Source: an uncultured Bifidobacteriaceae bacterium (GTDB taxonomy: Bacteria; Bacteroidota; Bacteroidia; UKL13-3). Taken from it: a DNA stretch of 41,913 nt. This document shows positions 1 to 9,610 of this stretch, in pieces (positions within the stretch are counted from its first letter, which is position 1; the number at the start of each line of letters is the position of its first letter). The translations under genes were made by a program, and so were the position numbers. The DNA lies in contig CAYSBE010000005.1 of assembly GCA_964429245.1 (NCBI GenBank), forward strand, positions 1 through 41,913, in the 5' to 3' direction. The notes under the pieces are model-generated. The model searched no databases. It was not told the DNA's origin and saw nothing but the letters and a program-made list of their open reading frames with translations.

Positions 1-191
1 TTTTCGCTGAAGATAGTGAGTGACATGAGGACGATTTCTCTCGGTGTATTTTTTTAGATTGGTTTATTGGCTTAGGTTACGGATTCAGCACCAATGGTGA
101 GTACGGAAGACATTATTCATTTGTGGGCGCCATCGAAGAGTTTCCAATCGCATTTTCGGCAGGATTCTTAATCGGGTTTCTTACCAAATAG
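1..191 (+). pseudogene. 3' end of a probable outer-membrane beta-barrel gene, reading frame broken near a T7 run
   Basis: Own translation from 54 gives LDWFIGLGYGFSTNGEYGRHYSFVGAIEEFPIAFSAGFLIGFLTK-stop, which has the alternating aromatic/Gly pattern of terminal barrel strands. The same frame has TGA at 21-23, and frame 1 is open only from 1 to 54. Confidence 0.4.
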
Positions 192-242
192 CTGTTGATA
201 TCTAAACTTTATAGCCTGTAATTACTTATGTAATTTCGACAG

Positions 243-2555
243 GTGAATTTTCTCGAATCATTAAATCATCCACAGCATGATGCTGTTGTAAATACCGATG
301 GGCCGGTAATTATTGTTGCAGGTGCCGGTTCAGGTAAAACCCGTGTACTGACTTACCGTATAGCTTATCTTTTAAAAAATGGGGTAGATGCTTTTAATAT
401 TCTGGCACTAACTTTTACCAATAAAGCATCTAAAGAAATGCGTGAGCGCATTCATCACGTTGCCGGCAGCGATGCCCGTAACCTTTGGATGGGCACTTTT
501 CACTCTATATTTTCCCGTATTTTGAGATTGGAACATGATAAAATTGGATATCCACGCAACTTCACTATTTACGATACTGATGATGCAAAAAGTCTTATCA
601 AATCTATCGTCAATGAGTTGAAACTGGATGATAAAGTGTACAAACCTTCTGTGATGCTCAATCGCATTTCGGCTGCAAAAAATGCCATGATTACTGCTGC
701 TGATTATGCCATGGACTCGGATTTGATAACAGAAGACGATAACGCCAAACGACCTAAGTTTGTTCAAATATATGCTGCTTATGAAGCAAGATGCTTTCGT
801 GCCAGCGCCATGGATTTTGATGATTTGCTTATCAAAACCTATCACCTCATGAACCAAAATCCTGAAGTGTTGAATAAATACCAGCAGATGTTTAAATACA
901 TACTGGTTGATGAGTTTCAGGATACCAACCAAGTGCAATATGCCATTGTAAAAAAATTAGCAAATGTATATCAAAATATTACCGTAGTAGGTGATGATGC
1001 ACAAAGTATTTATGCCTTTAGGGGAGCTACCATTAAAAACATACTGAGTTTTCATAAAGATTTTCCTGATACACGGGTATACCGTTTGGAGCAAAACTAT
1101 CGGTCAACAAAAAATATTGTACATGCTGCAAACTCTATCATCAAACAAAACAAAGATCAGATAGAGAAAAAAGTATGGACAGATAACGAAGCTGGAGATA
1201 AAATCCGGGTATTCAGGGCGCTCACCGATAATGAAGAAGGAAAAATGGTTGCCTCTTCAATTTTTCAAGAGAAAATGAACAGCCAATCCTATAACAAGGA
1301 TTTTGCCATTTTATACAGAACAAATGCGCAAAGCAGGGCAATGGAAGAAGCATTGCGAAAGCTTAATATTCCTTATCGCATTTATGGCGGACTTTCCTTT
1401 TATCACCGCAAGGAAATAAAAGACCTATTGGCTTATTTTCGTATTACCATCAATTCCAATGATGAGGAGGCATTAAAACGCATCATCAATTATCCTGCTC
1501 GGGGTATTGGAAAAACAACCTTAGATCACCTCACTGTTTTGTCTTCTCAGCACAACAAAAGTTGGTGGGAAATCATGAACAGTGCGGCACAATACGGTAT
1601 TAAGGCCTCGGGTTCACTTGCCGATTTTGTGTTGATGATACAAAGTTTTAAAACAATGATGGATAAAAATGCCTACGATACGGCTTTGCATATTGCCAAA
1701 CAATCAGGCATTTTAAAAAATTTACATGACGACAAAACCGTAGAAGGAATTGCCCGCTACGAAAACATTGTTGAACTCTTAAACGGGGTAAAAGAATTTA
1801 GTATTGATGAGCAAATTGATGATGATGCCGTAGTGAAGGTAAGAACCTTGCCTGAGTATATGCAAGACATTGCTTTGTTGACAGATGCAGATAATGATAA
1901 AGACCAAGATACCGATGTGGTTAGTATGATGACTATTCACGCGTCAAAAGGTTTGGAGTTTAAGTATGTATATGTGGTTGGACTGGAAGAAAATCTATTC
2001 CCCTCACAAATGGCACTAAATAGTCGCAAAGAATTGGAAGAAGAACGCAGGCTTTTTTATGTCGCTATTACAAGAGCAATGAAAATGCTATTCCTTTCCT
2101 TTGCAACTTCTCGATTTCGGTTTGGCAGCATGATTTACAGTGAGCCTAGCCGATTTATTCAGGAGATAGATCCGCAGTATTTGGTACTGGAAGGAATGCT
2201 AAATCAGGGAAGTAAAAGCACCGCACCTCCTCGGTTTGGTCAAAATAGGCCGCAACATGGCAATAAGGTAATTTCAAGCAATACACCAACTAAATCCCAT
2301 ATTGCACCACCGCCAAATTTTAAACCAATCAACAAAGCCTCACAGGTAAATGCATCAATTGACCCCGATTTTCAAGGCGATGATACGTCAAACTTAGAGG
2401 CCGGACAAGTAGTGGAGCACCAACGTTTTGGAAAAGGTACCGTGCAATCGGTAGAAGGAGCAGGTGAAAACCGTAAAGCCCAGATAGATTTTGGAGGACA
2501 TGGCAAAAAGATGCTTGTATTAAAATTCGCTAAACTTAAAATAAACCAATCATGA
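243..2555 (+). CDS. uvrD: ATP-dependent DNA helicase, UvrD/PcrA family
   Basis: SF1 motifs AGAGSGKT, ALTFTNKA, LVDEFQD, VGDDAQSIY, LEQNYRS, MTIHASKGLEF and EERRLFYVAITRA. A low-complexity linker leads to a C-terminal Tudor-like domain (VEHQRFGKG). GTG start. Confidence 0.95.
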   Translation: MNFLESLNHPQHDAVVNTDGPVIIVAGAGSGKTRVLTYRIAYLLKNGVDAFNILALTFTNKASKEMRERIHHVAGSDARNLWMGTFHSIFSRILRLEHDKIGYPRNFTIYDTDDAKSLIKSIVNELKLDDKVYKPSVMLNRISAAKNAMITAADYAMDSDLITEDDNAKRPKFVQIYAAYEARCFRASAMDFDDLLIKTYHLMNQNPEVLNKYQQMFKYILVDEFQDTNQVQYAIVKKLANVYQNITVVGDDAQSIYAFRGATIKNILSFHKDFPDTRVYRLEQNYRSTKNIVHAANSIIKQNKDQIEKKVWTDNEAGDKIRVFRALTDNEEGKMVASSIFQEKMNSQSYNKDFAILYRTNAQSRAMEEALRKLNIPYRIYGGLSFYHRKEIKDLLAYFRITINSNDEEALKRIINYPARGIGKTTLDHLTVLSSQHNKSWWEIMNSAAQYGIKASGSLADFVLMIQSFKTMMDKNAYDTALHIAKQSGILKNLHDDKTVEGIARYENIVELLNGVKEFSIDEQIDDDAVVKVRTLPEYMQDIALLTDADNDKDQDTDVVSMMTIHASKGLEFKYVYVVGLEENLFPSQMALNSRKELEEERRLFYVAITRAMKMLFLSFATSRFRFGSMIYSEPSRFIQEIDPQYLVLEGMLNQGSKSTAPPRFGQNRPQHGNKVISSNTPTKSHIAPPPNFKPINKASQVNASIDPDFQGDDTSNLEAGQVVEHQRFGKGTVQSVEGAGENRKAQIDFGGHGKKMLVLKFAKLKINQS

Positions 2556-2860
2556 GATTCGAAAAACATATTTTTATTTGCGCTAACCAAAAAGCAGAAG
2601 GTAAGGCTTGCTGTGGACAAGAACGTGGTATGGAACTGGTACAAAAGTTCAATGAAATAATAACAGAAAAAGGCCTAAAAGGAAAGGTGCGTGCCCAGCG
2701 ATCAGGTTGCCTTGATGCATGCAAATTTGGTCCTGCATTGGTGGTTTATCCTGAAGGTACGTATTATGGAAATGTGACACCGGAAGATGTAACCAAGATT
2801 GTAGAGGAACATATTGTTGGCGGAAACATTGTGGAGTCGCTTGAGTTGAAGTGGGATTAA
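2552..2860 (+). CDS. Thioredoxin-like [2Fe-2S] ferredoxin
   Basis: HIFIC...CC...RSGCLDACKFGP...VVYPEGTYY pattern. ATGA overlap with the uvrD stop. Confidence 0.9.
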   Translation: MRFEKHIFICANQKAEGKACCGQERGMELVQKFNEIITEKGLKGKVRAQRSGCLDACKFGPALVVYPEGTYYGNVTPEDVTKIVEEHIVGGNIVESLELKWD

Positions 2861-3993
2861 TTTTCTATCCACTCGATTTTATCATTTTCAAGTGGCGCAT
2901 GATAAATACCTAACCGCATTTCGGCATAGGGGTACTTTTTTTGTAGTGCTGTAAAAATTTTCAAATACACTCTTTTTTCAGGATATGGGGGTACTGCGGT
3001 TTCGCGCATGGCCCAATGTTGTAAAGAAAGCATGCCCTCACCGTTACAGGTGTTTTTGATATCTTTCCTATAATACTCACGAGGAAAATCATGCATTGCT
3101 TCCCTGTTTTTTATACAGATTACTGCTTGTGTTATTTTTCCTGAGTACAAACTCCCCGAAAGATAATGATCCCAAATGCCAACAAAATTAGATAGGGGCA
3201 AAACAAACCATACCAACAGCGTTAAGATATGAGCAGCTGAAAATGAAAATATATACTCAGGTACATGTTGATTAAAGTATGTTAGTAACAACCCAATCAT
3301 AAATAAATTCCAAGGCCAAACAATGATATTATAGTGACTGCTTACCAAAAACGTTAATATGATTAGGTGCATTGCCATAAGTAAAATCAAGGCTGTTTTA
3401 TTGGTTCGTTTGAATAACAACAACAATCCAAATAATATTTCAGCTATCGGAATAAAATATCCAAAGCTGCGCCAATTGGTGATCTGCGCTGATTCAGCAT
3501 GGATTAAATTTTGAAGAATCATTTTTACCCATACCTCACTCAAAAAAGCATCATGTAATTTTTGTATTCCACTTAAAAGGTAAATTCCTGCAAGCATCAA
3601 TAAGAATATGTTTTTCAACCGAACATGATTATTGATAAAAATGTATAGGCAAAGCATAAATAGGTATTGATATGCCCAAGGTTGCCAGCGGTTTTGGTCG
3701 AGTAATGCTGAACCAATTTCAGTGGCGAACAAGACTCCCATCACAGCCCGATGCTGCGGTTGAAATAACAAGTATGCGATTGCTGAAAGCGAAATCAGGT
3801 ATAATATAAGATGAATAACCGGAGGAACCTCATAAAACAAATCAAAAACAGGAGCAATTGGAAAATATCTGTCTGCCAGCCACATTTTTATACCCAATAT
3901 TTTGGCAACGAGCCAGCATGCAAGCATGAGTCGGAACACAAATAGTGGATTTTGAATAAGCTTTTTCACAAGATGCAATATATCTGAATGCAA
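2857..3993 (-). CDS. Multi-pass membrane protein, HTTM/DoxX/MauE-like (true start may be GTG at 3969)
   Basis: Many hydrophobic segments, an IYLLSGIQKL motif, conserved-looking DQNRWQPW, VWPWN and WDHYLS, and a soluble C-terminal tail. Confidence 0.65.
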   Translation of the reverse strand: MHSDILHLVKKLIQNPLFVFRLMLACWLVAKILGIKMWLADRYFPIAPVFDLFYEVPPVIHLILYLISLSAIAYLLFQPQHRAVMGVLFATEIGSALLDQNRWQPWAYQYLFMLCLYIFINNHVRLKNIFLLMLAGIYLLSGIQKLHDAFLSEVWVKMILQNLIHAESAQITNWRSFGYFIPIAEILFGLLLLFKRTNKTALILLMAMHLIILTFLVSSHYNIIVWPWNLFMIGLLLTYFNQHVPEYIFSFSAAHILTLLVWFVLPLSNFVGIWDHYLSGSLYSGKITQAVICIKNREAMHDFPREYYRKDIKNTCNGEGMLSLQHWAMRETAVPPYPEKRVYLKIFTALQKKYPYAEMRLGIYHAPLENDKIEWIEN

Positions 3994-4008
3994 TCATTAA
4001 TTTGCATC

Positions 4009-4698
4009 ATGCAAAACTTACTACTTTTACATGGAGCATTGTCAACCCGCTTGCAATTTGATAAGCTCATGCCATTATTATCGAGAGAACTGAATGCCAA
4101 TTCCATAAATTTCAGTGGACATGGCGGACTTAGTATACCTATGCAAGGATTTACATTTAATACTTTTGCCAACGACATACTTGAATTTGCCGATAAACAC
4201 CATATAGAAAAGTTGAATTTGTTCGGTTTCAGTATGGGCGGGTATGCTGCATTGTATTTTGCAAAATTATATCCCAATCGGGTGAATCGGATATTTACCC
4301 TCAACGTCAAATTTAATTGGGACCTAACAAGTACAGCTCGAGAAACAGCCATGCTCGATGCGGAGAAAATGATGCTGAAAGTGCCAGGCTATGCCAATCA
4401 ATTGATGATGCTGCACGGAATTCAAATGTGGAAGGAAGTAATCAACCAAACCTCAGGAATGATGACTGCCTTGTCAAAAGACTTTTTACTTACAGAAGAA
4501 GATTGGAATTCCATGAAGTTTCCAATCCGTTTAGCAATTGGCGATCGCGATAATACCTCATCGATTCAGGAAACATTGGATGTGTATCAAAAATTACCCA
4601 ACGCAAGCATGTGGGTGTTGCCAAACACATCTCATCCGTTTGAGAAAATTGATCAGCAAAAACTAGCCGAAGAAATCAAGGATTTTTTCTTAAAGTGA
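4009..4698 (+). CDS. Alpha/beta fold hydrolase
   Basis: LLLLHG, GFSMGG nucleophile elbow, GDRD acid and SHPFE His. Start moved to ATG 4009, just after the TTAATTTG element. Confidence 0.88.
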   Translation: MQNLLLLHGALSTRLQFDKLMPLLSRELNANSINFSGHGGLSIPMQGFTFNTFANDILEFADKHHIEKLNLFGFSMGGYAALYFAKLYPNRVNRIFTLNVKFNWDLTSTARETAMLDAEKMMLKVPGYANQLMMLHGIQMWKEVINQTSGMMTALSKDFLLTEEDWNSMKFPIRLAIGDRDNTSSIQETLDVYQKLPNASMWVLPNTSHPFEKIDQQKLAEEIKDFFLK

Positions 4699-5709
4699 GG
4701 CTATTGATTTCACCAATGCCGGCCCTTTGTAAATAAAACCCGTGTATAGCTGAACAAGTGAGGCGCCATTAGCCAATTTGGCTTTTGCAGCTTCAACAGA
4801 ATCAATACCCCCAACACCAATCAGTGGAATATTACCTGCTGATTTTTTATGTAAATAAGTAAGCACCTCTGTTGAATGGTTGAATAATATTTTTCCGCTG
4901 AGTCCGCCTGCACCCATTGCTTCAATTTTAGTTTTTTCAGTTTTTAATCCATCGCGGCTTATAGTTGTATTACCGGATACAAGTCCCTCAATGCCGGTTT
5001 CGTTGACAATATCTACCACATCATCGAGCTGTGATTGCGTTAAATCGGGAGCAATTTTAAGTAAAAGCGGTTTGTGTATTTGACCTTTATTGATAAAGTT
5101 GTTTCGAAGAGAGATTAGAGATGAAAGAATTTTTTTTAGGGGTTCTTTATCTTGTAAAGCACGTAAATTTGGTGTATTAGGAGAACTTACATTCACTACA
5201 AAATAATCGCAGCAATCATATAATTTTTCAAAACAAATTTCATAGTCACGTTGGGCTTCTTCATTTGGAGTTACTTTGTTTTTTCCAATATTTCCGCCCA
5301 CAATCATACCTTTAGGTCTATTTTTCAATCGCTTAGCAATAGCATCAGCGCCATCGTTGTTAAATCCCATGCGGTTAATAATGGCTTCATCTTTTATTAA
5401 TCGAAACAACCTGGGCTTGTCGTTTCCGGGTTGAGGCTTTGGCGTTACTGTACCTATTTCTACATGGCCAAACCCAAGCGCCTGAAATTCATGCAGGTAT
5501 TTAGCATTCTTGTCAAATCCTGCAGCCAAACCTACCCGGTTTGGAAAAGTGAGTCCTAAAAACTGAACGGGTTTGTGTACAAAAAATACAGATTTGGTAA
5601 TGGCACGGGTAAAAGGGATATAAAATATAATTCGAAGCGTATTCAGGGCAAAATAGTGAGCCTTCTCTGCATCCATCAGAAAAAGCAAGCGTAGCAAGAG
5701 TTTGTACAT
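4690..5709 (-). CDS. pyrD: Quinone-dependent (class 2) dihydroorotate dehydrogenase
   Basis: GLAAGFDKNA, GTVTPKPQPGN.KPRLFRL, INRMGFNN, NVSSPNTP, LKIAPDL, GGLSG. Start placed at MYKLLLR (5709). Confidence 0.97.
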   Translation of the reverse strand: MYKLLLRLLFLMDAEKAHYFALNTLRIIFYIPFTRAITKSVFFVHKPVQFLGLTFPNRVGLAAGFDKNAKYLHEFQALGFGHVEIGTVTPKPQPGNDKPRLFRLIKDEAIINRMGFNNDGADAIAKRLKNRPKGMIVGGNIGKNKVTPNEEAQRDYEICFEKLYDCCDYFVVNVSSPNTPNLRALQDKEPLKKILSSLISLRNNFINKGQIHKPLLLKIAPDLTQSQLDDVVDIVNETGIEGLVSGNTTISRDGLKTEKTKIEAMGAGGLSGKILFNHSTEVLTYLHKKSAGNIPLIGVGGIDSVEAAKAKLANGASLVQLYTGFIYKGPALVKSIASL

Positions 5710-5801
5710 GGCACGAAAATGACAAAAATCATTCGCAATAGAAAATAGAAATGAAAACTTTGCCTTTGTTTTCATGTTAAATACCTGAATTCAATAATGA
5801 T

Positions 5802-5820
5802 GTTTAGAATAATTTTAAAT
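5802..5820. promoter_or_regulatory. Fur-box-like 19-bp near-palindrome upstream of sdhCAB
   Basis: GTTTAGAATAATTTTAAAT, an inverted repeat TTTAGAAT-A-ATTTTAAA with one mismatch. It resembles the flavobacterial Fur box as I recall it (ATTTAGAATnATTCTAAAT). Confidence 0.55.
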
Positions 5821-5864
5821 AACCTTGTGTTGATAGTTCGGGTAGCAATCGTGGCGTGTAATCT

Positions 5865-5872
5865 TAAATTTG
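5865..5872 (+). promoter_or_regulatory. Bacteroidota -7 promoter element for sdhCAB
   Basis: TAAATTTG is an exact TAnnTTTG match, 31 nt before the sdhC ATG. Confidence 0.65.
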
Positions 5873-5903
5873 CGACCGATTTAAAAAAACAAGACAAAAC
5901 AAT

Positions 5904-6671
5904 ATGAACTGGTTAACTAAAATGTTTACTTCATCCATTGGACAAAAATTGCTGGTAGCCATTACCGGTTTGTTCCTATGTACCTTTCTGATTGTACACG
6001 TAAGCGGAAACTTACAACTTTTCAAGAATGACAATGGAATGTCGTTCAATCTTTATTCGGTATTTATGACCACTAATCCATTAATCAAAACAGTATCCTA
6101 CATTCTGTATGTAAGTATCTTGTTTCACGCATTTAAAGGATTGCACCTGGCATATAAAAATACACAAGCTCGCCCTGCAACATACAATATGGTAAATGGG
6201 AAAGCGAACAGCCATTGGACTAGCCGCAGTATGGGGGTTTTGGGAACCATCATACTGGTCTTCATTGTGGTGCACATGTCAAACTTTTGGTTTGAGTACA
6301 AGTTTGGAGAAGTGCCATACATTCAATACGCAGAAAATATTAGAACGGGAGAGGTTACGGTAGCAGATTACCAGCCTATACATGATAAAATGGAAGAATG
6401 GGTTGATGGGGATATCAAATACATCGTTGTAAAAGATATTTACCAAATTGTAGCAACAAGTTTTAAGAATCCATTTGTCACCCTTCTGTACGTTATATCG
6501 ATGGGAGCTCTTGGCTTTCACTTGCTACATGGTTTCAAAAGCGGTTTCCAAACGCTAGGCATTAACCATAAAAAATACAACCAGGCAATTGCATTTTTAA
6601 GCACTTGGGTATTTGCAATCATTATCCCTTTGATGTTTGCGGCTATGCCATTGTACTTCTTTTTCAAATAA
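5904..6671 (+). CDS. sdhC: Succinate dehydrogenase/fumarate reductase cytochrome b subunit
   Basis: SSIGQKLLVAITGLFL, VHVSGN and FHLLHGF.SGFQTLG with heme-ligand His residues. Five hydrophobic helices, directly upstream of sdhAB. Confidence 0.95.
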   Translation: MNWLTKMFTSSIGQKLLVAITGLFLCTFLIVHVSGNLQLFKNDNGMSFNLYSVFMTTNPLIKTVSYILYVSILFHAFKGLHLAYKNTQARPATYNMVNGKANSHWTSRSMGVLGTIILVFIVVHMSNFWFEYKFGEVPYIQYAENIRTGEVTVADYQPIHDKMEEWVDGDIKYIVVKDIYQIVATSFKNPFVTLLYVISMGALGFHLLHGFKSGFQTLGINHKKYNQAIAFLSTWVFAIIIPLMFAAMPLYFFFK

Positions 6672-6689
6672 GCATTAATTCAAATCAGA

Positions 6690-8702
6690 ATGACAATATC
6701 AACAAAATTAGATTCGAAAATTCCTGAAGGAGCGTTGGAACAGAAATGGACCAAGTATCGCTCAACTGTGCCATTGGTAAATCCTGCCAATAAGCGTAAC
6801 CTGGAAATAATCATTGTAGGTTCCGGACTTGCAGGTGCATCTGCAGCGTCATCATTGGCAGAACTTGGATATAAGGTAAAAGTATTTTGCTTTCAAGATT
6901 CGCCACGCAGGGCACATAGTATTGCTGCTCAGGGTGGAATCAATGCCGCAAAGAATTACCAAAATGATGGAGATTCAACGTACAGGTTATTTTACGATAC
7001 CATAAAAGGTGGCGATTACCGTGCCCGCGAAGCAAATGTATATCGCTTGGCAGAAGTGAGTGCAAGCATCATTGACCAATGTGTTGCGCAGGGAGTTCCA
7101 TTTGCCCGCGAATACGGTGGCATGTTGTCAAACCGTTCATTCGGTGGAACCCAAGTACAACGTACGTTTTATGCAGCAGGTCAAACCGGTCAGCAATTAT
7201 TGCTAGGAGCCTATTCAGCACTTGAGCGTCAGGTTGGGTTAGGTGCAGTAAAAATGTATACACGTCATGAGATGCTTGATGTAGTTACTGTTGATGGCAA
7301 ATGTCAGGGTATCATCGCAAGAGACCTTGTTAGCGGTAAGCTTGAACGCCATTCAGGAAATGCTGTTTTGCTTTGTACAGGAGGATATGGAAACGTATTT
7401 TACTTATCTACAAATGCAATGGGTTCTAATGTAACAGCTGCTTGGAAAGCACATAAGAAAGGAGCATTTTTTGGCAATCCATGTTTTACACAAATTCACC
7501 CAACTTGTATTCCGGTTTCAGGCGATCACCAATCAAAACTTACCTTGATGTCGGAGTCGCTAAGAAATGACGGACGCATATGGGTTCCTAAAAAGAAAGA
7601 AGATGCTGAAGCATTGCGTTCAGGAAAATTAAACCCTACCCAAATTGCTGAAGACGATCGTGATTATTTTTTAGAAAGAAGGTATCCTGCATTTGGAAAT
7701 TTGGTTCCACGTGATGTGGCATCAAGGGCAGCAAAAGAGCGTTGTGATGCTGGATTTGGTGTAAATGCAACAGGTGAGGCCGTATACCTAGACTTTGCTT
7801 TTAACATGAAGTATAAGTATGGTAAAATTGAAGCAACCAAGAAGAATATTGATAATCCAACCGAAGCACAATTGCAAGCATGGGGAAAAGAGGTTGTAAA
7901 AGAGAAATACGGAAACTTGTTTGACATGTATAAGCAAATTACCGGAGTTGATCCATACGAAAATCCAATGATGATTTACCCTGCAGTGCATTATACTATG
8001 GGTGGTTTATGGGTTGATTATAACTTAATGACTACCGTTCCTGGATTGTATGCTTTGGGTGAAGCCAACTTCTCTGATCATGGAGCAAACAGACTTGGAG
8101 CATCAGCATTGATGCAAGGACTTGCCGATGGATATTTTGTAATACCCTACACAATTGGTTCTTATTTGAGCAAAGAAATCAGCAGCAAACCATTGTCAAC
8201 TGATCACCCAGCATTTGTTGAAGCAGAGAATAACTCACGTGCAACTTTAGAAAGATTGAAAACCATCAATGGAACTAAACCTGTTGATTATTTCCATAAG
8301 AGATTAGGGAAGATTATGTGGGATAAATGTGGTATGGCTAGAAGTGCAAAAGGACTACAATCAGCCATTGATGAGATTCGAGCATTACAAGTTGAGTTTT
8401 GGAAAGATGTAAAAATACCTGGCGAGTTAAACGAGTTGAACCCAGAACTAGAAAAAGCAGGACGCGTTGCTGATTTCTTAGAATTAGGTGAATTGATGTG
8501 TATTGATGCACTTAATAGAAATGAATCTTGCGGTGGACACTTTAGAGAAGAGTACCAAACAGAGGAAGGGGAAGCATTAAGAGATGACGAAAACTTCAAT
8601 TATGTGAGTGCATGGGAATTTAAAAGTGCAAACAATTGGGATTTGCAAAAAGAAGAACTCAAGTTTGAAAACATCAAAATTGCACAACGTAGTTACAAAT
8701 AA
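6690..8702 (+). CDS. sdhA: Succinate dehydrogenase/fumarate reductase flavoprotein subunit
   Basis: GSGLAG FAD motif, [40 protein letters not shown]. Confidence 0.97.
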   Translation: MTISTKLDSKIPEGALEQKWTKYRSTVPLVNPANKRNLEIIIVGSGLAGASAASSLAELGYKVKVFCFQDSPRRAHSIAAQGGINAAKNYQNDGDSTYRLFYDTIKGGDYRAREANVYRLAEVSASIIDQCVAQGVPFAREYGGMLSNRSFGGTQVQRTFYAAGQTGQQLLLGAYSALERQVGLGAVKMYTRHEMLDVVTVDGKCQGIIARDLVSGKLERHSGNAVLLCTGGYGNVFYLSTNAMGSNVTAAWKAHKKGAFFGNPCFTQIHPTCIPVSGDHQSKLTLMSESLRNDGRIWVPKKKEDAEALRSGKLNPTQIAEDDRDYFLERRYPAFGNLVPRDVASRAAKERCDAGFGVNATGEAVYLDFAFNMKYKYGKIEATKKNIDNPTEAQLQAWGKEVVKEKYGNLFDMYKQITGVDPYENPMMIYPAVHYTMGGLWVDYNLMTTVPGLYALGEANFSDHGANRLGASALMQGLADGYFVIPYTIGSYLSKEISSKPLSTDHPAFVEAENNSRATLERLKTINGTKPVDYFHKRLGKIMWDKCGMARSAKGLQSAIDEIRALQVEFWKDVKIPGELNELNPELEKAGRVADFLELGELMCIDALNRNESCGGHFREEYQTEEGEALRDDENFNYVSAWEFKSANNWDLQKEELKFENIKIAQRSYK

Positions 8703-8737
8703 TTCAAACGATAAATAATCAAGTTAACAATACGAAC

Positions 8738-9493
8738 ATGAGTGGAAATATGAAAATCACACTTAAAGTGTGGAGACAAAAAAATAACGATGATAGAGGC
8801 CGCTTTGATACATATCAATTAAATACAGTTTCTCCTGATATGTCATTTCTTGAGATGTTTGATGTTCTCAATAATCAATTAATCATCGAGGGAAAAGACC
8901 CAGTTGCTTTTGATCATGATTGCCGTGAGGGAATTTGTGGAATGTGCAGCATGTACATAAACGGTAGGCCACATGGTCCATTAAGAGGGGTAACCACTTG
9001 TCAATTGCATATGCGTTCTTTTAAAGATGGCGATACCATTGTAGTTGAGCCATGGAGAGCTAAAGCTTTCCCTGTATTGAAAGACCTTACTGTAAATAGA
9101 AGTGCATTTGATAGAATTGTAGCTTCTGGAGGATTTATTTCTGTTAATACAGGTAACGCTCAAGATGCAAATGCCATTCCGGTTCCAAAAGATGATGCAG
9201 ATGCTTCGTTTGCAGCAGCTTCGTGTATTGGATGCGGTGCTTGTGTAGCAGCTTGTAAAAATGCTTCCGCCATGCTTTTTGTTTCGGCAAAAGTATCTCA
9301 GTTTGCGTTATTGCCACAAGGACAACCCGAACGTAATGAACGTGTATTGAATATGGTAGCGCAAATGGATGCCGAAGGATTTGGCTCTTGCACCAATACA
9401 GGTGCTTGTGAAGCAGAATGTCCTAAAGGTATTTCCCTTTCAAACATTGCCCGTATGAATAGGGATTATTTGGTAGCCCAACTATCATCTTAA
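8738..9493 (+). CDS. sdhB: Succinate dehydrogenase/fumarate reductase iron-sulfur subunit
   Basis: [20 protein letters not shown] and [15 protein letters not shown] Fe-S motifs. Confidence 0.97.
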   Translation: MSGNMKITLKVWRQKNNDDRGRFDTYQLNTVSPDMSFLEMFDVLNNQLIIEGKDPVAFDHDCREGICGMCSMYINGRPHGPLRGVTTCQLHMRSFKDGDTIVVEPWRAKAFPVLKDLTVNRSAFDRIVASGGFISVNTGNAQDANAIPVPKDDADASFAAASCIGCGACVAACKNASAMLFVSAKVSQFALLPQGQPERNERVLNMVAQMDAEGFGSCTNTGACEAECPKGISLSNIARMNRDYLVAQLSS

Positions 9494-9519
9494 CATGATT
9501 ATAACAAGATAATTGTAAG

Positions 9520-9553
9520 AATCCCGTTTCTTTTATCAGAAACGGGATTTTTT
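9520..9553 (+). terminator. Rho-independent terminator after sdhCAB
   Basis: 12-bp stem AATCCCGTTTCT / AGAAACGGGATT with a 6-nt loop, followed by a T run. Confidence 0.88.
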
Positions 9554-9610
9554 ATTGGCATTCACACCCATTTTTTAGTTATTTGAAACATATTTGACGA
9601 ACTTACACCC

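Noticed and set aside
243-2555. UvrD as part of a defence system (e.g. Gabija GajB-like)
   Set aside because: It is a full-length PcrA/UvrD with a C-terminal Tudor-like domain and no adjacent OLD/TOPRIM nuclease, so a housekeeping helicase.
5710-5775. N-terminal extensions in the ORF track for pyrD (and likewise 3988, 14436, 15914, 36838, 40902, 41736)
   Set aside because: The extensions run through promoter-like AT-rich sequence and lie ahead of the family N-terminal motif or signal peptide, so the downstream starts are preferred.
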